Assembly (NCBI GenBank): GCA_946965045.2
Contig: OX337230.1
Location: 248,001 to 312,000, forward strand
From: Epithemia pelagica
Lineage: Eukaryota > Protista > Bacillariophyta
DNA length: 64,000 nucleotides
Direction of reading: 5' to 3'
The translations under genes were made by a program, and so were the position numbers. Under the pieces are notes generated by a model that was not told the origin of the DNA, ran no database searches, and worked only from the letters and a program-made list of their open reading frames with translations. Shown here one piece after another: positions 9,201 through 19,848 of the stretch; position 1 is the stretch's first letter; the number at the start of each line of letters is the position of its first letter.

Positions 9201-12023
9201 CAATGGAGCTTGAGCAGGTAGAGCAAAATCATTTGTGCTTCCACTCGTATCGTCGACAAACCCTATCATGTAGAGTTGAGTCTTGAATTTTCTGCAAGGA
9301 GATTCGAATGTCGCCCCATACGCCTTTTCCTCGTAGACGTCGAAAAGCACACAGCTGATCACACACCAGATAGCTGGTGAGTTTCCTGCTCCTTGGCCCG
9401 AGCCATAGATTGGAAAAATCTGACAATGCTTGTAAAACCTTTCGGAAACACCCAATTTTGTTTTCAGGTAATATTTCGCTTCGGCCAAATTCCGAGCATT
9501 GATGAAAGTGATAGAACGGTGTTGTCCAGATGCTCGAGATGCAAGACTCCCGAAGTTCATCACTATACGGTCATAACATGCCGTAGCATCGTAGTCCATA
9601 TGGACTAAAGGTCGTTTGCTTGCCCTTGAAATCTCATATTGCATTTCTTCGATGAATGTAGGGATCACAGCATCTTTGCCGGGTACTCCACCAAACTGTG
9701 ACGGATTTAGGACTTGCTGATTGGAGCAGTTCGAAATCATCGTTCTCCCCTTGGTTGCCAAGACTAGATTGTAGTCTTGCTCGTATAGATGTATGACTCT
9801 CAACCGGTGGATTTTCAAGTTCCCCGGTTCTTTTAGAATCATAACATTTACGATGTGTTTCCAGCGTTCGTAGCAATAACCATTTACCAAGGCAACATTT
9901 AACAGTCCCACTTGCCAGTCAATCAAATCAGCTCTCTTTTCCTCTAGAGCTTCGAATTCGGTTGATTGTGGTTCTAGATCAGTCGGAGCTAACAGGACTT
10001 TACTGTGCCCGAGATGAAAGCCGGAGGGGGACGTGGTCGTGGATTCGGGCCATGCCTTAATCTTACCGATCCATTCCTCTTTTGTAAGACCTCCTGGCAC
10101 GCTGTCAAGATTGACGCGTGATTTCATATGATTTATCATCGATTGCGAAAGCTCGTCGATTTCTGGTGGTGCCCATGAGCCCTCTAAGATCAGTTCCGAA
10201 GTGTGACTGGATGCTCCCCAATCTACCCACTCAGAGAAAGGTGGAATTGTTGGGTAAGTGTTCTGCGCCTGTCCAAAATGTCGTTGATTGCGTTGAAGAA
10301 GCTTTGTCTCGATCTCTGAAGGAGTATCGATAGTTATCCATTCAGTACACGCGGCGTAGTCTTGGTCGTTGTCTTCAGCTGGTACATCAAGGCGAGTGAT
10401 ACCATTTTTTGTGGTTCCGCGGCATTTTCTGAGTTTATCGTACATTGCCTTGGTCCGTTCCGCTGCCATCCTGTGTTTGATTGCTTTGGAAGTTTTAGTA
10501 TCGCCTGATTTCTTTGCCTCTTCAAGAGCTAGTTTTAGTTCATTTTGTCTCCGAAAGACGGCTGTTTTGGTGATTTCAGTTATGCGTCGTTGGACAGCAC
10601 GTAACTGTGTTTGGCAATCATGAAGAGTATCAGGAATCAGAAAGGAGTGGCCATGGCGTGTTGTATGCATTAGTCCTGCGTCGAAATTGCGGTTCAACCT
10701 AATAGAAGAGATCACTTTCAAGAGAGTGTTCTTTTGGACTCGGAGGTCAGCAAGTTCACGCGAAAAGGGGATTGATCTTGGTTTCTTGGTGCAACGTTTG
10801 GCAGCGTACTTCCCTGCTCTTTGGAAATCCTTATCCAGTCGTTCCGCTAAGTCTTGATCCCAGTTATCTTTTAGTGACTGAAGTCTCATGCCAAAGTTGT
10901 GTCGCCGCAGAAAGTCGTGTTTAGATTCCATGTACTGACGGTTGGTACTTCGGTCTTTACTTGTAAATTCACGTGATGAGATCGGGCCGAGATTTGGTGT
11001 TTCGTTTCCAAACAATTGCACCACATCGAAGTCAATCACTATGTTCCGATGGTCTCCTCCTCTTCCACGCTTTTTGAACGGCTCGTAGCACCCAGTAAGA
11101 GCAGCTTGTGCTATTCCTGGGGTACAAAGTACGTAATCAATTCTTTCATGGCCAGAAACATGTGTGCCAAACTCCGTCATGCCAGTTAGTTGGAACATGA
11201 GATCAATCAACCCTCTGTCTGACTGTAGTTTTGACATGCCGGTCATAGAATCATTCAAAGCTTCGTTGAAGTCACCCATTACCAGTACTTCCGACTGTTG
11301 TGCTTGTCTATTTTCAATGAACTTGTTCAAATCTTCGACAAATGCGGCTCTCGGCGTGATATCGCGTCCTGCTTGGCGTAGTAAACTGATCTGTTGGACC
11401 GAGGCGGTGAAACTCCTTATGCGATTGTTTGTTGGGTCAACTATAGGTTGAGCGCAGACTTGGTATGCTGAGATGATCGTGATCGATTTCTGTCCTCTGC
11501 CAGACAAAACCTGGTAACTCCATCTTCCGAGCTTATCGCTGCCTTGAGAAACAACTCTTCCTGTGACGTGGCCTCCGGTTGCAAGTAGCGTGCCTCCTGG
11601 TTTGTAAAATGATCGACGTGGGGACGGAATAACACTGCTACTAAATACCAATCGGGAATGCTCAAAATGTTGTTGTATGGTGTTGAAGAGTGTTTCTTTG
11701 CATTTTGCATTTGTCGTATCCAATTTCGTCTCAAAAATTCCCCATGTGTCCGCCTCCAAATCATGTATTTCTTCGCAATATTCTGCGAAGTCTCCTCCTT
11801 TCTCGTCCAGGGTAAATCCGTTGGGGTTACAGCCGAAAATCCTGTAAATATCTCTTGTTTTTGTTGGTGGTGGTGTGCCTATATATTCGTTGTGTGCGTA
11901 GTTGAGTGCTGTCGTATCGTCGAGTGCGTCGAAAAATTCATGTGATTGAGAATGGTCGGTGTAGGTTGTAGTTGTTTCATCTAAGTAATCAGTGGAATGG
12001 TTGTTTCTAGCGGTACTAACCAT
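6291..12023 (-). CDS. ORF2 polyprotein: APE endonuclease, reverse transcriptase, RNase H, C-terminal Cys/His motif (1910 aa)
   Basis: APE: GCNPNG, FETKL, MGDFNE, RIDYVL, GDHR. RT: LRVIHLYE, DYDATACYDRI, GSGQGAGNSP, GFVDD. RNase H: CSDGS, RSESYG, YTDSKS, HVKGHQD, ADNLA. CPSC..HEDHDHFLRCP. Confidence 0.95.
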   Translation of the reverse strand: MVSTARNNHSTDYLDETTTTYTDHSQSHEFFDALDDTTALNYAHNEYIGTPPPTKTRDIYRIFGCNPNGFTLDEKGGDFAEYCEEIHDLEADTWGIFETKLDTTNAKCKETLFNTIQQHFEHSRLVFSSSVIPSPRRSFYKPGGTLLATGGHVTGRVVSQGSDKLGRWSYQVLSGRGQKSITIISAYQVCAQPIVDPTNNRIRSFTASVQQISLLRQAGRDITPRAAFVEDLNKFIENRQAQQSEVLVMGDFNEALNDSMTGMSKLQSDRGLIDLMFQLTGMTEFGTHVSGHERIDYVLCTPGIAQAALTGCYEPFKKRGRGGDHRNIVIDFDVVQLFGNETPNLGPISSREFTSKDRSTNRQYMESKHDFLRRHNFGMRLQSLKDNWDQDLAERLDKDFQRAGKYAAKRCTKKPRSIPFSRELADLRVQKNTLLKVISSIRLNRNFDAGLMHTTRHGHSFLIPDTLHDCQTQLRAVQRRITEITKTAVFRRQNELKLALEEAKKSGDTKTSKAIKHRMAAERTKAMYDKLRKCRGTTKNGITRLDVPAEDNDQDYAACTEWITIDTPSEIETKLLQRNQRHFGQAQNTYPTIPPFSEWVDWGASSHTSELILEGSWAPPEIDELSQSMINHMKSRVNLDSVPGGLTKEEWIGKIKAWPESTTTSPSGFHLGHSKVLLAPTDLEPQSTEFEALEEKRADLIDWQVGLLNVALVNGYCYERWKHIVNVMILKEPGNLKIHRLRVIHLYEQDYNLVLATKGRTMISNCSNQQVLNPSQFGGVPGKDAVIPTFIEEMQYEISRASKRPLVHMDYDATACYDRIVMNFGSLASRASGQHRSITFINARNLAEAKYYLKTKLGVSERFYKHCQIFPIYGSGQGAGNSPAIWCVISCVLFDVYEEKAYGATFESPCRKFKTQLYMIGFVDDTSGSTNDFALPAQAPLDTYISKATHDAQRWNDTLSLSGGALNLEKCTYHFMHYTFSIDGLPNLQHGQCGPDVTIHLHGTDQPQKLRQLSSYACHKTLGVQKSPKCTDSELYAALDKKNKAHIRTMANSPFTRTDSWAYYHSIYLPSMTYPFPSSTLSDSNCQSLQRPFKQVFLPRYGFNRNTPNAVVYGPTEYGGLALRDLSVEKSISQIYLFLACVRSQGVASELALIAVSWGQFLAGISKPILQHVDIRLPHMEPMVWIPQVRSFLASIKCTVELTTTFVPPLQRQGDSFLMDHAISLDFNDTELCLVNACRLYLGVTLMSDIVTVDGKYLSLFAIDCSRDTHSRAKGLLPYQTNPSRKAWTIWKRLLLSFTVSGSLKRLHRPLGAWLVTGLDTYRQWNEYLDPTNYSLYVQIDDQFERFVYQRPYFVTTASLVNMLPSTCLPAQSVHQNGRRTLLPVSPATITPPEAPAIDLSSHISKLEDWESQLLRGFEILCSLNTLQHELFQTNLQLLLCSDGSAAQFRGTFGCVGCTLQGLRLFRLNGPAPGYRTSSFRSESYGCLSILRFLFRLFEFYSQSLPDSVTVYTDSKSLVQTINKRLEWSYDFTYSTMNPDWDIQQSISSTVRQFPQVPSFCHVKGHQDNNVAPSTLSLPAQLNVEADNLASSYVYPPSISSRIAPLIGGATAILHGPFGTINSNYRSILRTLASAPTLRNYLRNKHDWSSDVFNSIDWESHGIAVRSNFSRRHFVVKFLHQWLPLGHLKARYATYYSDECPSCPQPTHEDHDHFLRCPNRSWLGSLLDDLREFWHDHHVHPSLCTLLTEYLHSWFSSTQPSPLPTTSPYFALQRTQLNIGLDQLILGRFALLWSALQDTYASTTTESAISGQRFVTSTIKLMWVHMYQLWKTRNEALHGSTSPSRETAAYAQAQREVAALYSIRHTVLPRDQSLFYDSLDTHFSIDTTSVALRSWLNTWRPVILHSANHT

Positions 12024-13749
12024 GAGAGGTAAAGCTTCCCTCGTTGGTCATGCTAACATCCGCATTCTCGCTGGATGTTCGTTCATGTACCATGCTCACA
12101 TCGGTGGACACCCGTTGAGCTGTCATCGCGGAGTCTCCAGCGTCACCTTCCTTTGAGGTTTTACGCGCTGCGCTGCTCCCGTCGTAATGTGGACGCTTGT
12201 TCGTAACTGTTGTTGGATCATCGTTCGTCGAGGCTTGAGTTGTGGCAGATTGGTGCTCGTCCTTCTCGGCTCTCATCGCTTCTCGTACTATCAATGCAAT
12301 GCGAGCATCGTCATTGGATTGTTTCGTCATAAGCATCTCAAACTTCTCTTTCAGACTCATCAATTCGTTTTCTAGGCGCTCGTTGCGCGTACGAAGTTTG
12401 TCGTAATCTTCTTGTGTGATCTGGCTCCCAGTATCAGTAGTGACGACTGTTTTTGTTTCAACTACTGTGGGAATTTGGACATGCGCTGTAGACCACGCTT
12501 GCATCACGGGAGTAGAGGTTGCAGGCGGCAGATCGTAGGTGCCGTTGACTCCTGAATTAGACTTGTTTGTGTAGAGGGTAGAGCATGCGGTGACGTATGA
12601 TTGAAATGATTTTGCTTCACTATCTTCGTGTTCTTCGTCAGGTCCAAGCATTGGGATCTCACTGCGGAAGCAAAGTCTTGGGGTAGACACGTGAAGTTCG
12701 GACACGTCAATATTTTCGCGCTGTACTGCTTCTTCTGTCCAAGCGGCTAAATTAGCACGAACAATACGAACCACTTCATCGAAGTTTCGCTCAGTTGTAT
12801 GAATACTATAACGTCCTCGGGTGGCCCATTTCTTGTGTTTCGCAATGATACCAACTCCTGGAATCTGGCGTAGTTTCAATTCCACGTAAAACATTGCTTG
12901 GTGATGGACTCCTTCGATTGGGACAATTCGACTGCGGCTGAGAAACAAGTTCTGACGAATGATTGATTTCTTGTACGTGTCAGCTCCTTCTTTAGTGTGC
13001 CTCATCTTGTGAAAGATGAACCGAGGATTCTTTGCATAAGTCTTCATCAAGATACCAATCATGGTTTTGGCATCAGCTTGTCGACACTGTAAGTCGTAGG
13101 CTTTGGTCGAGAGTCGATTGTTCTCGGTGGTATAAGTAAACGGTGAAGAAAAGTTACACTTGAACTCTGGAACCTTTCCAAGGGGGATGTTAGCTTTCGT
13201 GATGTCATCTTGAATGGGCTTGATCATTTCCTCATTGATGACGTTCGATGCATCGGTGCCAACAAAGAATCCCAAGTTAGAGACATTGAGATCATCTTCA
13301 GACCATGGGTGAATGGTCATCCTTCCTTTAGTAATTAGCAGTTGATCTGAGACATCGGTGTGTCGGCGAATCTCACTTAGAGATATGCGAGAACGAAAGC
13401 GGTGAATCGCGACGTAAATCGGGTTCCTCTGTTTCAATTCGTTTCCTTTCGAGTAATGTAACTTAAAGTTACGCAGATAGTCATTGTATGACATCAATTT
13501 CTTGAATGCTTTCTTCGACTGGCCGTAGTTATTGAAAATCTCAATCTCTGGAAATACCTTCATGATCACATGAAGAGTATCGTAGTGAGACTTAGCAACG
13601 TTGATGTTTGCTTTCGGAGACGGACGGAAGAGGAACTTAACCACAAATTCCTTCTCTTCACCTTCGTACGAGATAAATTGATTCTTCGTATTAGGAGTTG
13701 AAGTGCTAACATCGTCTAGAGACATGCCGTTAGGAGAGCTTTCCGCCAT
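12016..13749 (-). CDS. Retrotransposon ORF1 protein (577 aa, coiled-coil region near C-terminus)
   Basis: Uninterrupted ORF upstream of and overlapping ORF2 by 8 nt; heptad-like YDKLRTRNERLENELMSLKEKF. Confidence 0.85.
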   Translation of the reverse strand: MAESSPNGMSLDDVSTSTPNTKNQFISYEGEEKEFVVKFLFRPSPKANINVAKSHYDTLHVIMKVFPEIEIFNNYGQSKKAFKKLMSYNDYLRNFKLHYSKGNELKQRNPIYVAIHRFRSRISLSEIRRHTDVSDQLLITKGRMTIHPWSEDDLNVSNLGFFVGTDASNVINEEMIKPIQDDITKANIPLGKVPEFKCNFSSPFTYTTENNRLSTKAYDLQCRQADAKTMIGILMKTYAKNPRFIFHKMRHTKEGADTYKKSIIRQNLFLSRSRIVPIEGVHHQAMFYVELKLRQIPGVGIIAKHKKWATRGRYSIHTTERNFDEVVRIVRANLAAWTEEAVQRENIDVSELHVSTPRLCFRSEIPMLGPDEEHEDSEAKSFQSYVTACSTLYTNKSNSGVNGTYDLPPATSTPVMQAWSTAHVQIPTVVETKTVVTTDTGSQITQEDYDKLRTRNERLENELMSLKEKFEMLMTKQSNDDARIALIVREAMRAEKDEHQSATTQASTNDDPTTVTNKRPHYDGSSAARKTSKEGDAGDSAMTAQRVSTDVSMVHERTSSENADVSMTNEGSFTSHG

Positions 13750-13878
13750 GGTGGAGAGCCACTCTTTCGGTCACAAGGAGGGCTACGGTAGGGCCGGTAC
13801 TAAGAGTACTGGATGGGCCTGATTCTCTTACACAACAGAAAATTAGAGTCTTTCTGTTTTGCTCGACCAGAGAATTAT

Positions 13879-13898
13879 AAAAGAAAGTATGAGGCGAA
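13879..13898 (+). repeat. Target-site duplication, right copy
   Basis: aaaagaaagtatgaggcgaa, identical to 6146-6165. Confidence 0.92.
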
Positions 13899-14424
13899 TA
13901 TCGTGACGTGGCATGAAACGCGATCGATCGACGATCGAAGGAGCTGCCCCCCGGGATAGAAAGGGCCCCCCCAAGAAAACCCCAAAGACCTTGGTGATGT
14001 CACGGGGATGACAGTCCCCCATCGCTCCCCAAAAATGTCGAATCTTTCAGGTACTACACATTATACTTCCTAGCACTGCGTTATGTTAATTGGGCGTATA
14101 CGCGAATTTTTCATAGTAGCTATCGCCGCTGAGGAGCATCACTGCAAAAGTGGTGCGGAGGAGACACAAACCTCGAACGTCGGTCTTTTTTTATATTCTT
14201 TTGGTGTGTCATTTTTTCAAGTTGTTTGTATGTTTGTTTGCTTGTTCTAAAAGAGAATTGACTGCGGAGAGATACCATCACTGTCTTTGTTCTCTCTTTG
14301 TGTCGCTGCTGCTGTTGGGGGTTGTGACCTCGTTTGACTTGTGTGCGTGAGACGAGAAATTCTTTGGGAGACAACCACCATCACCACCACCACAAGCTGG
14401 AGAGACTACTGCGAAACAACAAAC

Positions 14425-15181
14425 ATGTTGTCATCATCATCATCATCATCCCACGAACCCAACACTAGCAACAATGACGACAAGGTTCAATGGGAACCAC
14501 GAATCACAGACCATGGAACCGGAGCTACGAGTAGTACGAATACGGATCCATTGAGCGCAACATCCTCCTCCTCTTCGTCCGACACATCGGCCACAACGAC
14601 CACCACCACCCCATTAACTTCGCCTGCAACAACCTCGACCGTGACATGTCTCATTTGTTATGAAGACTATCCTCTCTATCATCCTCCTTCCACGACGACA
14701 CGGCTGAAACAACTGGAGGACCTGAGGATGAAAGAGGATGGGCCATCCAAACCTACCACCACGACCATGGCGGTCCAATTGCCGCAGTGCCATCACGTCT
14801 TTTGTCAAGACTGTCTGTCCTTGCATTGTCACTATATTTTGACATCGTACAATCCCTATCAACCCTTGGACCAAGTGGTGCCCCTTCCGTGTCCCTGTCG
14901 CACGGGTCACGACCCTCCGTGTCTCGAGTCCTGCTTGTCCTCTGATCTGGTTCACTGGGCTTTGCGAATTGGGACCAAACCATTCGAACAAACGGACCAG
15001 GACCAGGACGATGCACGTATAATGGTACCATCGTCCACCAACTCAACCATGGATTCAACTGAGGAGGAGGAGAAAGAGGTCCAAGCATTCGCACCCCATT
15101 CACAAGGCATCTTCCGACTCCCTTCTCACGACGACCCAACAACACAATCTCTGGTGGATTCGGGTTCCAGAACCACAACAA

Positions 15182-15244
<63 letters not shown>

Positions 15245-16317
15245 TACCATCACGACAGGAAGACAACAACAACAACAACAACAACAACAACAGCAACAAC
15301 AACAACAAGAATGAACGATTGTGGACACGCTATCAAAGTCTCCTATCCATGTTGGAGAATGCCACACTCCTGTCGCAGCAACTTTGTCCGCACTGCGACC
15401 ATCTCATGACACGTACGACGAGTACCACGACACGACAAACGAGCCGTGTCACGTCTCCCACGACGGACACGGGTACTACCACAACTAGTACGACTACGAC
15501 AAGAACAACAACAACAACCACCACCCATCATCAGATGCAATGTTGTGGATGCGGTCATGTCGTGCAACTCCTGCCCTCGTGCCATGACGCCACGGGAGCA
15601 GGCACGCAATCCTCCCAACACTGCAGTAATAGTAGTGCGTTTCCGACCACCACATCGTTGCAGGATCAGCAACAACAACAAGAATCGGAACGCATCTTGC
15701 AGCAGTGTACCAAACCCTGTTCGCATTGTGGATGTCGCATTTTCAAAGAGGGAGGCTGTGATCACATGGTCTGTGGCTATTGCCATCAAGACATGTGTTA
15801 CAAGTGCGGGACGCACCGGTACTTGACGGGCAAACAAATTCGTACCTGTACCAAGTGTCAACAATCCTATTTGGATCATCGACATCGACACTATCATGTC
15901 TGTCGATCCATCCTCTTGATGCCAATCGTCTTGCCTTTTTATCTCTTGTATACCGCATTGGCGTGTCTCGTGGCACTCGTATCGTTGGGCTTTTGTTGCT
16001 GTTGTGGTTGTACCATGACACCCAATCCGGATCAACCTGCCAGTATCGCTTCCTCGCTTAAAATGGGACTGTACGTCCTTTTCCTACCCTTCTTGTTTCT
16101 CGTCCATGAATGGGGATGGTCCTTGGACTTTGTCGATCAACTTCAAACACCTATTGACGAACGGCGACAACACGCACGAGGAAGAGGAGGACAACAACCT
16201 CGAGAAATTCCCACCATGCCCACCATGGATGAAGATGATGATGACGATGACGATGAGGAGGACGAACAAGAAGAGGAGCAAGCCATGGAACAAGGACTTT
16301 CTTCGAGACCGTATTGA
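14425..16317 (+). CDS. RBR (RING-IBR-RING2) E3 ubiquitin ligase-like protein with C-terminal hydrophobic segments
   Basis: CLICYEDY..CHHVFCQDC..CPC; CPHC..QCCGCG; KPCSHCGCRIFKEGGCDHMVCGYCHQDMCYKC; hydrophobic C-terminal helices; first ATG at 14425. Confidence 0.85.
15184..15309 (+). repeat. Coding microsatellites (tca)n and (aac)n giving poly-Ser and poly-Asn
   Basis: About 20 tca units followed by an aac run inside the RBR ORF. Confidence 0.9.
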
Positions 16318-16700
16318 CGACAGGATTCAAGGCTACTGGACACCTGCATCCAGCAGGGGGAGGATATGAATCACCTCTGTATATACATCGAATTCATTCC
16401 TCGCGCTATAATTCTGCAATAAAACGAGGTTCTCTCTCGTAAAGGACCAACAAGAGTTTTATTACTGTGGGTGTCTGCTAGTTTTGGTTTGAAATTCGAA
16501 CCAAGGACCGTGTGGCAGCTACTAATAGCTGGTATCGCTCAAGTATGGTTCCCCACGGTATACATTGGACCGAAGAATATAGAGTGCGTAGACTCTCTAC
16601 GATCACGATAATGCACGAATCATGGACATTCTTAAAAAAATAATAATAGCATAGAGAAGGAGAATCACCTGGTACTGATTGTTTGTTTCCCTACTCCCGG

Positions 16701-16795
16701 CCAATCACAACGCATCTTAAAATTCAGTCCCATCCCCAAATAGGAGTAGTTCCTGAAACGAGAGGACCACAGGATCCGAATTCATTCCGGCCAAT
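16701..16795 (+). promoter_or_regulatory. Paired CCAAT boxes upstream of F-box-like copy 2
   Basis: ggccaatca at 16699 and ggccaatcg at 16789; equivalent pairs at 19673 and 19753 (copy 3) and gattgg at 1443 and 1470 (copy 1, minus). Confidence 0.45.
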
Positions 16796-16869
16796 CGCAA
16801 GGCTTTATAAAATCCATACAATCGAAAACCATAAAATCTTATAAAGTTTCTCGAGCTTTTGAGATAGCC

Positions 16870-18053
16870 ATGGACTACCAGGACGAAGATGACGGGTTCT
16901 GGTGGCAAGAGTTTGAACATGTCCGCCGCGAGACGGAGCGATTGAATCTATCTTCGAACCGAAAATTGCGCAGGAAAAAACCGAGAATGTATCTCCGATA
17001 CTGCCATCGTCTCTGTCGTCTGCGTTTCCGGTGGGGTTCTTTAACGACGAAAAAGGAATTGGGTGCCACCTCTTTGAAAGTCGCATCCGTGCCTTTTTGT
17101 CGGTACGTGACGTGGGAGCATGTGCCATGACATGCCGTGCCTTGTCCAAGCTGTGCCCCACCTATATACTGTTCAAGAACTCTTGTGTGATCAACAACAA
17201 ACCATTCGGGAACAGCCAAGCGAAGAAGAGGCCTCAACGGACCCAGACGAACAACATCCACTGACTCCTGAGCAACAGCGAATGACCATTGGTGCCCTTG
17301 TCATGAGACTGGTTACAACCTATGATATGGAACAAGATAGACCCACCCGCTTGGTCAAACCGAAGGGTCAAAATGAGAAATGTCGAGACAAGGTCTACCA
17401 TCCAAGCGAACTACCCAAAGTGAAACTCCTCATGAAGGAATTTTTCCGTGGTTTTAAACACCACAAGATCGACAACGACAGCCAGTTCATGTCGTTATGT
17501 GGTCCTATAGTGCTATCTTGTCGTACAGCTTGCGTCCGTTCCATCCAAATGGTTCAATTATCAACGCCGACTTGAAATATCCGTTCGACGGCAATTCCGT
17601 GGCCTTGTCCAGCAACTGGGTGTTAGTATCTGCCTTCTTGGATGGTATGCACGAAATTATGCATGGGTCTGCGTACAATGTTACGCATATCCTTCGAATG
17701 TTGATCCTGTACAATCCAATTCCACATTCCCAAAGCGCGCCGCAAAACGTCTTTATGGAGGATCCTCATTTGTACTCTTGGGACGACGAAGAAATTCCTA
17801 ATTCCCTTGAGTACGTTTCGGACGCCACAAGGAACGATTGGTATTGACTCCGGCGCCCCATGTCCGATACCAATGGTGGTACACACGCCTCATGGGTGAT
17901 GCATGCCCCCGGGTCACCAAAACGTTGGTCATCTTTGCCAGGGATACGGATAGCGATATGGTGCGACCCTTTTTCATCCATGAAAATTGTCGAATCAACT
18001 TCCCCCTCAAGGCCGGAGGAGACGATGGGTCACATGATGACAAGACTGAGTAA
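16870..18053 (+). pseudogene. F-box-like orphan family gene, copy 2 (about 4 frameshifts)
   Basis: Homologous peptide passes through ORFs 16870, 17031, 17120, 17497 and 17838 in different frames; begins MDYQDEDDG and ends HDDKTE like copy 3. Confidence 0.85.
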
Positions 18054-18599
18054 TAAGTATATAGTGAATCTTGAGCATCTCGCAACAATGGGTTCCTTCA
18101 TTATTTAGTGTCCCTTTCGATTGGTGTTCATCTGTTTTGTCATGTCCATTCTAGGTAGTCCATCACAGTTACTTTTCTCCGATACGTAATAGCAGAGACC
18201 ACACAAGTGTTCTTTTTGGTTTTCCATTCGTGACTCTCTACAGTTAGCTTCGTTTCATCAAATATCCCTTTTGATTTGGATCCATCTGTTTTGTCCTTGG
18301 GCAAGCATCAGTACTATATATCGCAACCCGGTCGGAACTGGTCGAACGTAGCTTTTTGTACCTTGTTGTCGTACAAGGAGTCGCTTGTTGGCGCTCTCAT
18401 TGCCGTGGGCTTGTTCGTGGGTAGTGGTTGGGAGTCTGATACCTGATGCCTGCAGGGAGAAAAACTTAATCGCCTGAACTCGAAGTCGTAGAACGCTTCG
18501 AAGGTAGACTGAGAATAAAATTTTTCTCACTGCAATCTTGGAAGAAAGGAGACAATCGTCGTATCCACTTTTATTGGTGGAGACCGCACGAGTGTGGAA

Positions 18600-18905
18600 A
18601 TACACAGGCATTCCCGGTGAAACGAATCCTTGTTGATGGGATACACTTGATCATCGCCAGGGCATGCCAAAGTTGCCCCGTGTTTCGTCCCAAAATATTG
18701 CCCTATTCTTTAGCAGTCAGTCCATGTCGCCGCGGTCCTTAAGTGTCATCTTGTCGTACTCTGGTACAGATCCCGCTTATCTTTACACAGTTCCATCACG
18801 ATTTGCACTTCGAACCAGCTTCTTTCGGTATTCTCAGAATTGGATCTTGGTATCAACCTTTTCACTATAGCTTGGACTATGTTCTGCACGGATCTGCTTA
18901 CATTC
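18600..18905 (+). pseudogene. Internal fragment of F-box-like family (copy 4)
   Basis: Remnant peptides PKL, SQNWILVSTF and LDYVLHGSAY match SRNWVLISAFL..MYRSAY of copy 3. Confidence 0.55.
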
Positions 18906-18919
18906 GTTTTTCTTCGACC

Positions 18920-19660
18920 TCATCGAGATTCGAAATTCATGTCTTTTTGTCCATGAATATCTAACCTTTCTCGTCTTGCGTGTGGTTGCCCTTCCTGAGT
19001 TCGCATGGATGAGCGAGTAATACTTGAGCATGCTCGAGCATTTTATATACAGGGTGAATTGATACACCACACTGACATGGCGTGAGAGGGGTGGAATGGG
19101 AACCTGATGCAAATCCTCATAGGTCCAATACGCCTCCTCACCGTCCTTCCTGGACGACAAACGTGTGCCATTGCTCCCATTCGGTGCTGGTTGTCCTCCT
19201 TGTGCAGGTGGTCCACCACTACAGGTTCGTGTGGGAACCAATTGCCAGTCGTCACGACTTGGGAGGGTGCAAAGGGCACTACACCGACGAGTTACAAGGC
19301 ATTCATGGTTTGAGCGGGCTTATCCACATCGGACCAATTGAAACACAAAACAATTACGATAATTTCTTGGTGTCTTTGTCGTTGTTGCCGTTGCGATGAT
19401 TGGTGTTGTTGTTCGGGACTCGTCGTCCTGGTGGATGTCAACGTTTGTAGACCAGCAACACCGTTGTAGTCTGGGAGACTGCTGGTTTTTCGTTCGAAAG
19501 AACGACCGTGGTGGCTATTTTGGTGTATCGCGCAAAGCCAATGATCGTATTGTATGGTTCCAAGTAATCCATTGAACCAAGTCATGGTGCGCCATCACGA
19601 TAAAATGGACAGATTCTTCAAACCACGGCAAAGAAGAATCATGTGTGATACCGTTTGGAT
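18920..19660 (-). pseudogene. 3' remnant of the alpha-galactosidase gene
   Basis: Near-identical DNA to 21300-22000 (e.g. atacagggtgaattgatacac..atggcgtgagaggggtggaatggg); peptide TLTSTRTTSPEQQHQSS shared. Confidence 0.8.
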
Positions 19661-19848
19661 CCACCTTTCCGGCCAATCAGAAAATTCCAAAGTCGGAATT
19701 AAAATAATTCAGTTCCCTCCAAAGTCTTACAACACATCCAAATTCATTCTGGCCAATCACAAGGCTTCTTAAAATCCATAAAACCAAAAGCCATTAACAT
19801 CAAAACAATCCTTTTATCTTGTACGTGTCCCGAGCTCTTGATAGAGCC

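Larger units (their letters stand above)
6166..13878 (-). mobile_element. Full-length non-LTR retrotransposon, Ambal-like (ORF1 + APE-RT-RNaseH ORF2)
   Basis: Two long same-strand ORFs bounded by a 20-bp TSD; domain order APE-RT-RNaseH-Zn motif matches the diatom Ambal clade (clade name from recall, not a search). Confidence 0.9.

Noticed and set aside
13750-13878. Self-cleaving ribozyme in the 5' UTR
   Set aside because: No CUGAUGA/GAAA hammerhead core or convincing HDV fold seen
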